Below, in pieces: positions 1 to 12,612 of a stretch of 64,000 bases of DNA. Origin of the DNA: Squalus acanthias (taxonomy: Eukaryota); the NCBI GenBank assembly GCA_030390025.1, contig CM059432.1, positions 96,598,001 to 96,662,000 of the forward strand, written 5' to 3'. A program made the translations under genes and the position numbers. The stretch's first letter is position 1; each line of letters starts with the position of its first letter. Below the pieces are notes generated by a model. The model searched no databases. It was not told the origin of the DNA and saw only the letters and a program-made list of their open reading frames with translations.

Positions 1-81
1 GGATAAGGGGTCGGCCATTTAAGACTGAGATAAGGAGGAATTTCTTCACTCAGAGGATTGTGAATCTTTGAAATTATCTAC
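1..81 (+). mobile_element. CR1 LINE ORF2 C-terminal fragment cut by the window edge
   Basis: Translates as IRGRPFKTEIRRNFFTQRIVNL, matching the C-termini of the other CR1 copies in the window. Confidence 0.8.
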
Positions 82-329
82 TGTAAGATTCTAAACACGT
101 AATAAAACCGCTGCTACCGTGTGGAGATCGAAATTGCGAACAAATTGTGAGATGGTAATGGACGGATTTAAAATGGAGGAAGTCAGCATGTGTTCCTTTG
201 TCGGTAAGGATTTAGAACATAAGAAATTTTAAAATTAAAAAAAAGAACATAAGAAATAGGAGCAGGAATAGACCACTTGGCCCCTCGAGCCTGCTCCGAC
301 ATTCAATAAGATCATGGCTGATCTTGGGC

Positions 330-3100
330 TCAAAGCCACTTCCCTGCCTGCTCCCCATAACCCTTCACTCCCTTATCTTGCAAAAATCTGTCTATCTCCA
401 CCTTAAATGTATTTAATGACCCAGCCTCCACGGCTCTCTGGGGCAGAGAATTCCACAGATATACGACCCTCTGAGAGAAGAAATTTCTCCTCATCTCAGT
501 TCTAAAAGGACGACCCTTTATTCTGAAACTATGCCCCCAAGCTCTAGATTTCCCCACGAGGGGAAACATCCTCTCTACATCTACCTTGGCGAGCCCCCTC
601 AGTATCTTATATGTTTTAATAAGATCATCTCTCATTCTTCTAAATTCCAATGAGTATAGGCCCAACCTGCTCAACCTTTCTTCATAAGTCCAACCCCTCA
701 TCTCTGGAATTAACCTAGTGAATCGTCTCTGAACTGCCTCCAATGCAAGTATATCCTTCCTTAAATAAGGAGACCAAAACTATACGCAGTACTCAATGTG
801 TGGTCTCACCAATACCCTGTACAGTTGTAGCAGGACTTCCCTGCTTTTATACTCCAACCCCCTTGCAATAAAGGCCAACATTCCATATGCCTTTTTGATT
901 ACTTGCTGTACCTGCATGCAAACTTTTTGTGTTTCATGCACAAGGACCCCCAGGTCCCTCTGAACTGTAGCATTTTGTAATCTCTCTCCATTTAAATAAT
1001 AATTTGCTTTTTCATTTTTCCTGCCAAAGTGGATAACCTCGCACTTTCCCACATTATACTCCATCTGCCAAATGTTTGCCCACTCACTTAGCCTGTCTAT
1101 ATCCCTTTGCAGATTCTTTGAGTCCTCTGCACAACTTGCTTTCCCACCCATCTTTGTATCATCCGCAAACTTGGCTACATTACACTGAGTCCCGTCATCC
1201 AAGTCATTAATGTAGATTGTAAATAGTTGAGGCCCCAGCACCGATCCCTGTGGCACCCCACTAGTTACCGTTTGCCAACCGGAAAATGACCCATTTATCC
1301 CGACTCTCTGCTTTCTGTTAGTTAGCCAATTCTCTATCCATGCTAATATATTACCCCCAACTCCGTGAGCTCTTATCTTATGCAGTAACCTTTTATGTGG
1401 CACCTTATCGAATGCCTTCTGGAAATCCAAATATACCACATCCACTGGCTCACCTTTGTCCACCCTGCTCGTTACATCCTCAAAGAACTCCAGCAAATTT
1501 GTTAAACATGATTTCCCTTTCATAAAACCATGCTGACTCTACTCGACTGCATTATGATTTTCTAAATGCCCTGCTACTGCTTCCTTAATGAAGGACTCTA
1601 GCATTTTCCCAATGACAGATGTTAGGCTAACTGGTCTATAGTTTCCTGCTTTCTTTCTCCCTCCTTTCTTAAATAGGGGTGTTACATTTGCGGTTTTTCA
1701 ATCCGCTGGGACCTCTCCAGAGTCCAGGGAATTTTGGTATATTGCAACCAATGCATCCACTATCTCTGCAGCCATTTCTTTTAAGACCCTGGGATGCAGG
1801 CCATCTGGTCCAGGGGACTTGTCATCTTTTAGTCCCATTATTTTACCAAGTACTTTTTTCTTAGTGATAGTGATTGTCTTTAGTCCCCCCCGCCCTGTGG
1901 CCCCTTGATTATCCATTATTGGGATGCTGTGAAGACAGATACAAAATATTTGTTCAGAGTCTCTGCCATTTCCCCGTTCCCCATTATTAATTCCCCAGTC
2001 TCATCCTCTAAGGGACCAACGTTTACTTTAGCTACTCTCTTCCTTTTTATATACCTGTAGAAGCTCTTACTATCTGTTTTAATATTTCTTGTCAGTTTAC
2101 TCTCATAATTCATCTTCTCTCTCTTTATTATTTTTTTAGTCATCCTTTGCTGTTTTTTTAAAAATTCCCAATCCTCTGGCCTCCCACCAATCTTGGCAAC
2201 ATTGTATGCCTTTGTTTTCAATTTGATACCATCCTTTACTTCCTTAGTTAGCCACGGATGGTGCTCCCTTCTCTTAAAATCTTTCTTTCTCACTGGAATA
2301 TATTTTTGTTGAGAGTTATGAAATATCTCCTTAAATGTCCGCCACTGCATTTCAACTGTCTTACCCTTTAATTTATTTTTACAGTCCACTTTAGCAAGTT
2401 CTGCCCTCATGCCATTGTAATTGCCTTTGTTTAAGATCAGGACACTGGTTTGAGATATAACTTTCTCACCCTCCAACTGAATTTGAAATTCAACCATGCT
2501 ATGATCACTCTTTCCTAGAGGATCCTTTACTATGAGATCATTTATTAATTCTGTCTCATTACACAGTACCAGATCCAAGATAGCCTGTTCCCTGGTTGGT
2601 TCCATTACATACTGTTCTAGGAAACCATCCTGGATACACTCTAGGAACTCCTCCTCAAGGCTACCATGGCCCATTTGATTTGTCCAATCAATATGGAGAT
2701 TAAAATCACCCATGATTATTACCATACCTTTTTTACAGGCCTCCATTATTTGTTGATTTATACTCTGTCCAACAGTATTGCTGCTGTTCGGGGGCCTGTA
2801 GACTACGCCCACCAGAGACTTTTCCCCCTTATTATTTTTTATCTCCACCCAAACCGATTCTACATCTTGATCTTCTGAGCCAATATCACTTCTCACCACT
2901 GCACTGATCCCATCCTTTACCAACAAAGCCATCCCACCCCCCTTTCCTTTCTGTCTATCCTACCGAATTGTCAAATACCCTGGAATATTCAGTTCCCAGC
3001 CCTGGTCACCTTGCAACCAACTCTCTGTAATGGCGATCAGATCATACCCATTTGTATCTATTTGTGCCGTCAACTCATCTATCTTGTTACGATTGCTGTG
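330..3100 (-). pseudogene. CR1 ORF2 (APE endonuclease + reverse transcriptase), disrupted
   Basis: ORFs 1916-2932 (VYRPP, GDFN, SDH), 1698-1916 (KSPGPDG), 780-1523 (GVPQGSVLGP, KFADD) and 330-743, separated by stops and frameshifts. Confidence 0.93.
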
Positions 3101-3296
3101 TGCATTCAGATATAAAGCTTTTAACTTTGTCTTTTTATCATTTCTCCTTGTTTTGGCCTCATTTTCTGTTGCACTCTTATCTATCCCTTCCTGTCACACT
3201 CTGGTTATTATTTCCCCATCTCTATCCTGCTCTATTGGTTTCTCATTTCTCATTGACTTTTTAAATTCCCACTCACCTGGACCCTCCCCCCGTCCA

Positions 3297-4240
3297 CTAG
3301 TTTAAAGCCCTCTCTACAGCCCTAGTTATTTGATTCGCCAGGACTCTAGCCCCAGCACGGTTCAAGTGAAGCCCATCCAAACGGAACAGCTCCCTCTTAT
3401 CCCAGTACTGGCGCCAGTGCCCCACAAATCGAAACCCATTTCTCCCACACCAGTCTTTGAGCCACTCGTTCATTTCTCTGATCTTATTCACCCTATGCAA
3501 ATTCACTCATGGCTCAGGTAGTAATCCAGAGATTATTACCTTTGTGGTTCTGCTTTTTAATTTAGCCCCTAGCTGCTCATACTCTCTCAGCAGAACCTCT
3601 TTCTTTGTCCCACCTATGTCATTGGTACCTACGTGGACCATGACAACTGGATCTTCCCCCTCCCACTCCAAGTTCCTCTCCAGCCCAGAGGAGATGTTCT
3701 TAACCCTGGCAACGGGCAGGCAACACAACCTTCGGGACTCACGCTCTCGGCTGCAGGGAACAGTATTTATCCCCCTAACTATATTGTCCCCAATCACTAC
3801 AACATTTCTTTTTACTCCCCCCACTTGAATGGTTCCCTGTACCACGGTGCTGTGGTCAGATTGCTCATCCTCCCTGCAGTCCCTGCCCTCGTCCACACAG
3901 GGAGCAAGAATCTCCTACCTGTTGGACAAGGCCAAGGGCTGAGGCTCCTCCATCACTACCTCCTGGATCCCAATACCTGCCTCACTTGTAGTCACACTCT
4001 CCTGTCCCTGACCATGGGCCAAATTGGAAGTAATTACTCTAGTGGGTGTGACTGCCTCCTGGAACTTAGTGTCCAGGTAACACTCCCCCTCCCTAATGTG
4101 TCGCAGTGTCTGATGCTCGGACTCCAACTCATCAACTCTGAGCCAACATTTGCTGCAGATGTGGTCGCCGTGGACCTCAATGGCGTCCACCAACTCCCAC
4201 ATGCAACAACAACAACACATTGCCTAGTCTCCCATCTCAA
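3297..4240 (-). pseudogene. CR1 ORF1 (Cys-rich N-terminus + SGNH-type esterase), disrupted
   Basis: Esterase blocks VIGDNIVRG, VHVGTND and DGLHLN (3297-3896), with a CxxC/HICSKC segment upstream (3915-4220). Confidence 0.88.
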
Positions 4241-4440
4241 TTAATTAATTAATTTTAAAATTTGGAACACGTATATCTTTTAATCTACACCAAGGCAGTT
4301 AAATTTAGACGCCCAAGTTTGGAAAAAAGCGAGAAATAAGAGAAATACTCACCAACCAATCACTTACCTGCTTTCTGGTGACATCACACTTCAATTACTT
4401 TTTACTTCTTTACACTCACCGGTCCGTTGTATCTCAGCGT

Positions 4441-4696
4441 CTCCCAGCCCGGGTCCCTGCTCAGGTCCGCAGTCTCTGCTCTCGGCTCTCCTCTGCCGCG
4501 CTCTTTATCTCTCTCTCTCTCCCAGCCCGGGTCCCGCTCAGGTCCGCAGTCTCTGCTCTCGGCTCTCCTCTGCCACGCTCTTTATCTCTCTCTCTCTCCC
4601 AGCCCGGGTCCCACTCAGGTCCGCAGTCTCTGCTCTCGGCTCTCCTCTGCCGCGCTCTTTATCTCTCTCTCTCTCTCCCAGCCCGGGTCCCGCTCA
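4441..4696. repeat. About 3.3 copies of a 77-79 bp tandem repeat at the CR1 5' end
   Basis: Unit ctcccagcccgggtccc...(ct)n starts at 4441, 4519, 4596 and 4675. Confidence 0.93.
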
Positions 4697-5415
4697 TCAA
4701 GTGCCAGGCAATGACTATCTCCAACAAGAGAGAGTTTAACCACCACCCCTTGACATTCAACGGCATTACCATTGCCGAATCCCCCACCATCAACATCCTG
4801 GGGGGGGGGGGGCGGTGTGTTCACCATTGACTAGAAGCTTAACTGGACCAGCCACATAAGTACTGTGGCTGCAAGAGCATGTCAGAGGTGGGGCGTTCTG
4901 AGATGAATGTCTCATCTCTGACTCCCCAAAGCCTTTCCACTATGTACAAGCCACAAGTCAGGAGTGTGATGGAATACTCTCCACTTGCCTGGATGAGTGC
5001 AGCTCCAACAACATTCACTTGCTCCACCAAAGGTGCACCGTGGCTGCAGGTTGTACCATCTACAAGATGCACTGCAGCAACTCGCCAAGGCTTCTTCAAC
5101 AGCACTTCCCAAACCCACAACCTCTTCCACCAAGGACAAGGGCAGCAGGTGCATAGGAACACCATCACCTGCAAGTTCCCCTCCAAGTTACACACCATCT
5201 TGACTTGGAAATATATCGCCGTTCTTTCATCGTCGCTGGGTCAAAATCCTGGAACTCCCTCCCTAACAGCACTGTGGGAGTACCTTCACCACATAGACTG
5301 CAGTGGTTCAAGAATGTGGTTCACCACCACCTTCTCAAGAGCAATTAGCGATGGGCAATAAATGCTGGCCTTGCCAGCGATGCCCACATCCCAGGAATGA
5401 ATAAAAAGAAAAAAA
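4697..5415 (+). mobile_element. 3' fragment of the tRNA-headed LINE family (same family as 26891-30131)
   Basis: Shares CQAMTISNKRE and YKxQVRSVMEYSPLAWM and ends gcaataaatgctggcc plus an A-rich tail. Confidence 0.9.
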
Positions 5416-6805
5416 TTAGCCCTTCTCCAGTTGAGTATTTTTATGTTTAATTGTTCCTTGTCCTTTTCCAGAACTACTCTAAACCCAAGTTAAACCAGAG
5501 TTAAAATCGGTCTCTATGTATTTAGACAATTATGCAGAATATGTTCAATGTGCACAATACTTACTTTTCTCACATACTACACATTTTTCCCCTATTCTCT
5601 GTGTATTTCTACATACACACCTTAAATTAAAACATCTTAAAAGCTTAGCTATTTCTTTCCTTTAAGGTGCATGTTCAGTCATTTCCATATGCAGGATAAT
5701 GTAAGGTACATATAAAAAAGACATTTAACAGAGTCTGAACATGATCTAAAGATACTGTTTTTTCTTACTGAGGAATGTCTTTGTGCTGCATCTGTTGCTA
5801 TAGATACGTGTTCTCAAAAAATCCTAAAAGGTCTACAACATATTTTGTTTATTCAGAGAATACCCGAATTCCACTTTATCAGTACTGAACAGCTGTAACA
5901 TTCTGAGAACTGAGAAGGACAGTCAGTACTTTAATGGCTATTTAACTATTAAAATGCTGTAGTTACTTACTGCTGTAATCAATCCACAATTGATTAAATG
6001 AATAATTTTTGCACAGCTAATAATTACAATTTAAAATGTCCATCAATAAACGTGCTTAATCTTGAAGGGACAATTGTTCTACTCAATTTTTAAACTCATT
6101 ACTAATTGTAGCGATTCATCCAGGAAGCTTAAAAGGCATAATAAAGCAGACATCACCCTGTGAATTATTGAAAACCTGTCCTATCTATCTGTCATGTGAG
6201 GATGACCATGTCTAAGATGATGAAGAGAATTATAAGCATCTCTTCTATCCTTTGTGGTTAATTAAAAAAAAATACTTTCCAGCATGTATTTGAAAGTTAG
6301 CACTGTGCTGTTTGAAGTATTTTTGAGGATGAGCAAAATATAATTGAAGCAATCCCGTTAGCAAAGTTGTTTAAATATATGCAAAGCTAGAAATCGTCGA
6401 GGTTTTATCCTTTGAAGGATTGGAAATGTCTATTAAAAATACTCTCAATCAAACTAAGTAACTGCTCAGCATGTAAGACTGATCACAGTTCTGAAATTTC
6501 TCTGAAATCTGATGTTAATTTCCAAGACAGAATCCAGGAATAGTTTACTACAATAAATGTTGGGATTTACAACATAACAATAGCACTTAAGAGGTAGGAC
6601 AAAAAATTATTATCCTCTTCAATCATTTTTGGATAAAGTTGGAGATTTCTGCGAAAGTGCTAACGGAACATAAGAATACTCTTAGTTTCAGTACAGCAAT
6701 TTCTGTGAGATGATATTTTTACAATGCGTGCATAGAAGGTGAACCAATCAAAATGCATCTATAGTAATGTTGCTGAGCCACTTGATAAACTGCTTTTGGT
6801 ACCTT

Positions 6806-7433
6806 TAGGGCACATTCACATTCCAAGTTTAGCATCAGTGCTTGTAGCGGTCAATGTTAACCTTTGGGCAGCCCACTCGTTTTGGCATTGAAGAGGCCGT
6901 AGCCATTTTGAAGCCCGGACCTCATTTCATTTAGAACCAGCAAGGTGTGGGCACCAAATGGGCATCCTGATGTAGCTCAACATATTTAGGCTGGCACAAT
7001 ATCGGGCGGCCTGTCGGCTGCTCGGACGACAGCAAGGTAAGTCCCGGTGGGGGATTGCGGCCCAGATTATTTTTGTCGGGCCTAGAGGAACACTCCTATT
7101 CCTCATTGCCTTACAGAAGTAATTTAAAACTTACCTTTTCAGTGCCTCTTCATCTCCATCACCAGTAAAACTGGTCAGAGAGTCTACAACTCATGCTTGG
7201 ACCTGTTCTATTCTAAAATAGCAATCGGGGTCCTATGTACGTCATAGGACCCTGATTTGCATAGGAAAAGCGCCCTATGCCTGAAAGAGGTGCTTCGGCT
7301 GCCCAATGATAAGCCTCTGTAAAAGTGGCAACAGCTGGATCGCCGATGTTAACGGGGCGATATGTCAACCGATCCCATTTTGAGGCCTTTATTGCCTCAT
7401 TAACACCGATTTCAGCAAAGCAGAAATTGGCCC
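6806..7433. mobile_element. Probable Harbinger-type MITE
   Basis: GC-rich island in AT-rich DNA, ends aaattggccc, and has an internal palindrome ggtcctatg...cataggacc. The left end is uncertain. Confidence 0.45.
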
Positions 7434-7589
7434 TGTGGAGTGTAAATCACGTATACAGGCATGAACTAGCTCCAAAGAAAAGCAGAGTGCAACAGTCTCC
7501 TCCAGGAAGTCTCACTCCTCTTCACTCCTGTGTCAAGTTAGACCCTAACTCTGGGTTCAAGCTCCATTTAGACTACAACTGCACTGTTG

Positions 7590-7742
7590 AGGGCAAAGTT
7601 CTATGAGACCCCGTGCCACTAGCAGGGTCTTTGACTCAATGGGCAGCTTATTGTTTGCAATTTGCTGTGCACCCACACTTTTCCGATCAACTGCCCACTG
7701 TGTGATGTCCCACTGCCCCTGTGGGATCTCGGAAATGTGCCC
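7590..7742. mobile_element. Short MITE-like element
   Basis: Imperfect terminal inverted repeats gggcaaagttctatgagacccc / gggatctcggaaatgtgccc. Confidence 0.4.
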
Positions 7743-8398
7743 TTAAATGAGATGAAATCTACAAGACCTTGCTAATAGCTGTGCACCATGCATGTCTGTA
7801 CTGCTTTTCCTCCTAACTTGTTCTACTGAAAATGTCGGAAAATGTGAAAAGACTGATCACCAGCTCTAAGATACATACCCACTGGCTGCTGGCATAGGCT
7901 GTGTGGAGGAAATCAGTGCAAGAGTCATGAGGTAGGAGTGTAAGAGCTTACAGTTTCATACAGAGAAAATGCAAATCAGTTATGCTTCTGAGGTTGGGCA
8001 GTTTTAAATGTTCAGTGCATAATCATGATATTTGTACATGCATTTTTTTGCACTGTAAGTAAAATGACAAAAGTAGCAAGTATTACTGTACCTGAATGGA
8101 ATAAGCTGCACAAAAGGAATCATCACAGTTTTCATTATCCCTTTCCCCATATTTTGTGCTGTCATCTGGAACCACTATACAATAAGACATGTGATAGAAT
8201 AACAAAAAAAATAGCAGTTTGATCTATGAGAATGAGTAGATTACAGGGAGGATTTAAAAAAAATGTTTTGCTGTGAATACTTGGAAAATTGCACAATTCT
8301 CTGAGATAAAGTTAAATATGAAACCTTTAATCATTTGGGCACTTTGTTTTTTATTGTAGCAGTGTTGGTGAAAATAATTTTCAAGTCTTGTACTTAAT

Positions 8399-9137
8399 AT
8401 GTGAAAGGCTTAGAGGGTGCGGAATTCTTAAAGTGCATCCAGGAGAGCTTTTTGAGCCAGCATGTAGAAAGTCCTACAAGAGAGGGGGCGGTACTGGACC
8501 TAATTCTAGGGAATGTAGCCGGGCAAGTGGTAGAAGTGTCAGTAGGAGACAGTGACTTTTGGTGACAGTGAACATAATTCGGTGAGATTTAAGGTAGTCA
8601 TGGAAAAGGACAAAGGTGGACCGGAAATAAAGGCTCTAAAATGGGGGAAGGCCGATTTTAATATGATAAGGCAGGATCTGGCCAAAGTGGACTGGGATCA
8701 GCTACTTGTAGGAAAATCCACATCAGAGCAGTGGGATTCATTCAGAAAGGAAAAAGAGAGTACAGCGCCAACATGTTCCCGTAAAGGTCAAGGGTGGGAC
8801 CAACAAGTCCAGGGAACCCTGGATGTCAAGGGATATACAAGAATGGATTAGGAAAGAAAGGGAGGCTTTTGGCAGATACAAAGGACTAAAAACAGTGGAA
8901 GCCCTAGAGGAGTATAGAAAGAGCAGGGGGGTTGGAATCTGGAACTCATTGCCTGAAAGGGTGGTAGAGGCAGGAACCCTCACAACATTCAAGAAGCATT
9001 TAGATGAGCACTTGAAACGCCATAGCATACAAGGCTACGGACCAAGTGCTGGAAAATGGGATTAGAATAGATAGGGCTTGATGGCCGGCGCAGACACGAT
9101 GGGCCGAAGGGCCTCTTTCTGTGCTATATAACTCTAT
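8399..9137 (+). mobile_element. Internally deleted CR1 copy (same subfamily as 38440-41842)
   Basis: Closely matches 39423-39952, then jumps at about 8930 to sequence matching 41636-41842. Confidence 0.92.
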
Positions 9138-10013
9138 GGGGGAAAAATTCAGTATCGCCCCGTTTGGGGCGCAATTATCAGCTGGGCGCAAAGATTCGTG
9201 CCTGGCGCTAATTATCGCCTCCGACTGCAAACTTGACTTTTATCGCCCCTGGAGTGGATTGGAGCGTTAAGTCAGGCGCTACACATCTGTCTTAAGGCGC
9301 AAAGGCCGAGGAGCGAGGCGCTAACTCAGAGCGTTGGCGAAGCTCATGTGATGTCAGTCAGCAATGGAACACAGACACAATGGCCCCGGCCAGTTCTTAA
9401 AGGGGAGGGTTGATCCTGCTTTCCATCCACATCCTGCTCATTGCAGCCTTGAATCTCGGCCTGGAGACCTGTACATCAAATCTGCTGGAAAGAACAATGG
9501 AGAGTACCAGGGAAAGAGCTCAGAGTGCAGCCCCCACAGTCTCTTCTAAATCGATACAAGGAAGGGCAAATCAAAATGAACCTGCAAAGTGCTGCTCAGT
9601 ACCCAAAACTCCTTGACACAGCGTTGAATCTCTCCAGAAGTCTCTCTCTCTCTCAGAATGCGTGGTTCAAAAATGTCGCCAACAAAAAAAGGCAGGAAGC
9701 GGTCGCCTTTAAATAGCGCTCGCCCAGTATCTTCCTGACAGCAAAACGCTCCCCTCAACCTGTCGTTGCTAGCGGCAGTCGGTAAGGCAGGGGGCGCCAC
9801 TCAATATCCACTCCGGGGCGTTGCGCACTCGACTGACGTCACGATCTGCCGGCACAGGAGATCGTGGCGGTACTGTTTAGCGCCGCCGCAGAATGTCTAG
9901 TTAATTTCGCGAGCGGCGCAAACATTGCCGCGCCCGGGCGCTAGATGCTTTGCGCCCCATTAGCGCCCTCTTAAGGCGCTAACGGGAGGTGCAACCAACT
10001 GAATTTTCCCCCC
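9138..10013 (+). mobile_element. Non-autonomous Harbinger element (deletion derivative of the 42542-46708 type)
   Basis: TIRs GGGGGAAAAATTCAGT / ACTGAATTTTCCCCCC, TAT target duplication at 9135-9137 and 10014-10016, and both arms homologous to the ends of the full element. Confidence 0.92.
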
Positions 10014-11102
10014 TATGACTCTATGAGACAAGGTAAAGTCTGCAATAGATACACAGTATTTTAAATTAGGCAGTTAAGCTGTTCACTCGCAGCAGAAAAG
10101 CACAACACCAACATTTGAGGACAATTCTAGTGAGAATTAACTTGTGTTATTATTTGGATTGGATAGGCTAGAAAAATGTAACAACCTCTTACATATTCCA
10201 TTAATCGTGAGCCTAGATTTTCTGATTAGTAACAACTGATTTTTGGGCACAAAGTGAGTACTACCCGTCGTAAAACATAATGGGTGACTCATCATGCCAG
10301 ATCTCCAGCCGTTTTGGGTACCACATACATTCCCAGTGGGGGAGTTGATGAGTGCAGAAAGCTCTGGCGTGAAGTAGGTAAGTGCTTAATTTGAATAGAC
10401 ATCATTTCGATGTTCATGTATGTCTAATATGGAGCTGTCTACCTGTCCATATAAAGCAAATTTCCAGGGTTGCTAGGGACTAAGCTCTATACAGTAGTTA
10501 ATTTAAAGAGCTCAGTAACTGGAAAAATAAAGGAACCTTACTCTCATAAAATATAAATTGTGAGGCTCTGCTCCCAGCATGGAGCTTCACTAGTGGCAAA
10601 TATGGGGCAGAACATTGGGACTACAGTTTTCTAACCCTATCTCCACTCGTGTGCTCACTGTACTGGGAGTCTCACCTTGCAAAACTACCCCTTTATGTGT
10701 AACTTCTGAAATCTTATGCTAAAATAATACAATATCGTGAAAGAACAGAAACAATCACTTGACTTTCTCTGAGATTAGAACATAACAACAAATTGCATTT
10801 ATATAGCACCTTTAATGTACAAAAATATCCCAAGGTGCTTCACAGAGGAGTAACCTGACAAACATGGATGCATAATAAGGAGGTACTTAATTGCAGTAGC
10901 AAATTCTAAAGAAAGTTGGGTAATTACCTGGAAAAAAATTGATAGAGGTTTATGGGAAGTATTGTGGAATCTGATAGTTTCTGGAAAGTGGGACTAGCTA
11001 GATGGACTGCAATGGTCTATTCCAGACCTTTACACTGTTGTGTTCTTATATTTCTAACATAATAATGAGAAAAGATCATTCATCCCATTCAGCTCACACC
11101 AT

Positions 11103-11902
11103 GGGCTGGATTTTGCCAATGGGGAGCTTTTGGAGGCGGGACTCCCATTTGTCGGGTTTCTGTCCCACCTCCATCAACTTCTGGCCAACCCATGCTATTT
11201 TCCCTTGATTGATCTTGTTAAGCCTGCCTAGCGGGCTTAGCAGGCCAATTAAGGGAAAGCCGGTTACAGAGACGTTTGACGTTTCATCTGTCAAAAATTT
11301 TTGACAGATGAATTGTCATCATTTGACAGCTCTGTGAAGCTGTCAAACACTGACAGTCTCTGTAGTTTGATGAGTTCTTGAATTCAAGACTCATCAAACC
11401 TCTTTATTTAGCAAAAATTAGAGAATGCAGCGGCCATCTGTCATCTCTGCCGCGGAGGTGCGAGACTCTCCGCATCCCCAACTCTTGAAGCCTGCAGGAA
11501 GAAACAAAGGTAAGTAAACTTTTACTAACACTTTCCACTTACCTCACATACTCACCTCTCCGCACTTGCACCCATCACTCACCTTCACAGCGCACTTTTG
11601 CACCCCTCCGACCCCCGCAGACCCACTGCTCGCCCCGGTGACCCTGGCGGGTTTTGGAGCCTTCGGGAAGCCCGCACTTGTGTGGGTAAAATGGGGATAA
11701 TCCTCTTATTTGCCTGTTAACTACCTGTTAACAGGCACATAAGTGGCACTAATCCCCTTCCCGCCTCCAAGGAGATGGGACCCGGCGCGGGTCGGCTACC
11801 TGCCTCCTGGCAAGATGGCACAGAGGCGGGTTGGGCACCCGCCCCCAGATTCTGCCATTTTCCCGGCAGTCCCGCCTCCCCAGGGCTGGCAAGATCGCGC
11901 CC
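11103..11902 (+). mobile_element. 800-bp Harbinger-type MITE with internal hairpins
   Basis: TIRs GGGCTGGATTTTGCCA / TGGCAAGATCGCGCCC and a CAT duplication. Related copies lie at 19855-20540 and 25056-30713. Confidence 0.85.
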
Positions 11903-11954
11903 CATAATTCGCAGACTGTTTTCATCTCTCACCTGACTCATCACATTTAGTTTC

Positions 11955-12608
11955 CATAGAAAATACAGCACAGAAACAGGCCATTCGGCCCAACCAGTCC
12001 ATGCCAGCATTTATACTCCATTCGATCCTCCTCCCATCCTTCCTCATCTAAATCTATCAGCATAACCCTCTATTCCCTTCTCCCTCATATGCTAATCTAG
12101 CCTCCCCTTAAATGCATCTATACTATTCACCTCAACAACTCCCTGTGGTAGCGAGTTCCACGTTCTCACCACTCTTAGGGTAAAGAAGTTTCTTCTGAAT
12201 TCCCTATTTGATTTCTTGGTGACTATCTTATATTGATGGCCTCTAGTTTTGCTCTTCCCCACAAGTGGAAACACTCTCTCTGAGTCTACTCTATCAAAGC
12301 CTTTCATAATTTTAAAGACATCTATTAGGTCACTCCTCAACCTTCTCTTTTCTAGATAAAAAAGACCCAGCTTGTTCATCCTTCCCTGATAGTTCTGGTA
12401 TCATCCTTGTAAATCTTTTTTGCACCCTCTCCAGTGCCGCTATATCCTATTTCAATTATGGCAACCAGAATTGTACGTAGTACTCCAAGTGAGGTCTAAC
12501 CAAGGTTCAAGACAAGTTTAGCATAACTTCTCTACTTTTCAATTCTATTCCTCTAGAAATAAACCCTAATGCTTGGCTTGTTTTTTATGGCCTCATTAAC
12601 GTGCATTA
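11955..12608 (-). mobile_element. CR1 3' fragment
   Basis: ORF 12092-12379 (LEKRRLRSDLI...FFTLRVVRTWNSLP) plus 3' UTR. Confidence 0.88.
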
Positions 12609-12612
12609 CATT

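Larger units (their letters stand above)
214..4696 (-). mobile_element. Near full-length decayed CR1 LINE (5' UTR repeats, ORF1, ORF2, 3' tail)
   Basis: The 3' tail reads cataagaa on + at about 214-255. Collinear ORF fragments cover the RT, APE endonuclease, esterase and a Cys-rich ORF1 N-terminus. Confidence 0.95.

Noticed and set aside
82..213. LTR start (TGTAAG...) interrupting the first CR1
   Set aside because: Too short, and I found no matching CA end or TSD in the window.
4441..4696. CRISPR-like array or repeat-protein ORFs (4378-4830)
   Set aside because: The units are head-to-tail with no unique spacers, the context is eukaryotic, and the ORFs are by-products of the repeat.
8399..10013. 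Segmental duplication of 39423-46708
   Set aside because: The CR1 parts are close but the Harbinger parts are clearly more diverged, and an extra MITE intervenes, so independent insertions fit better.
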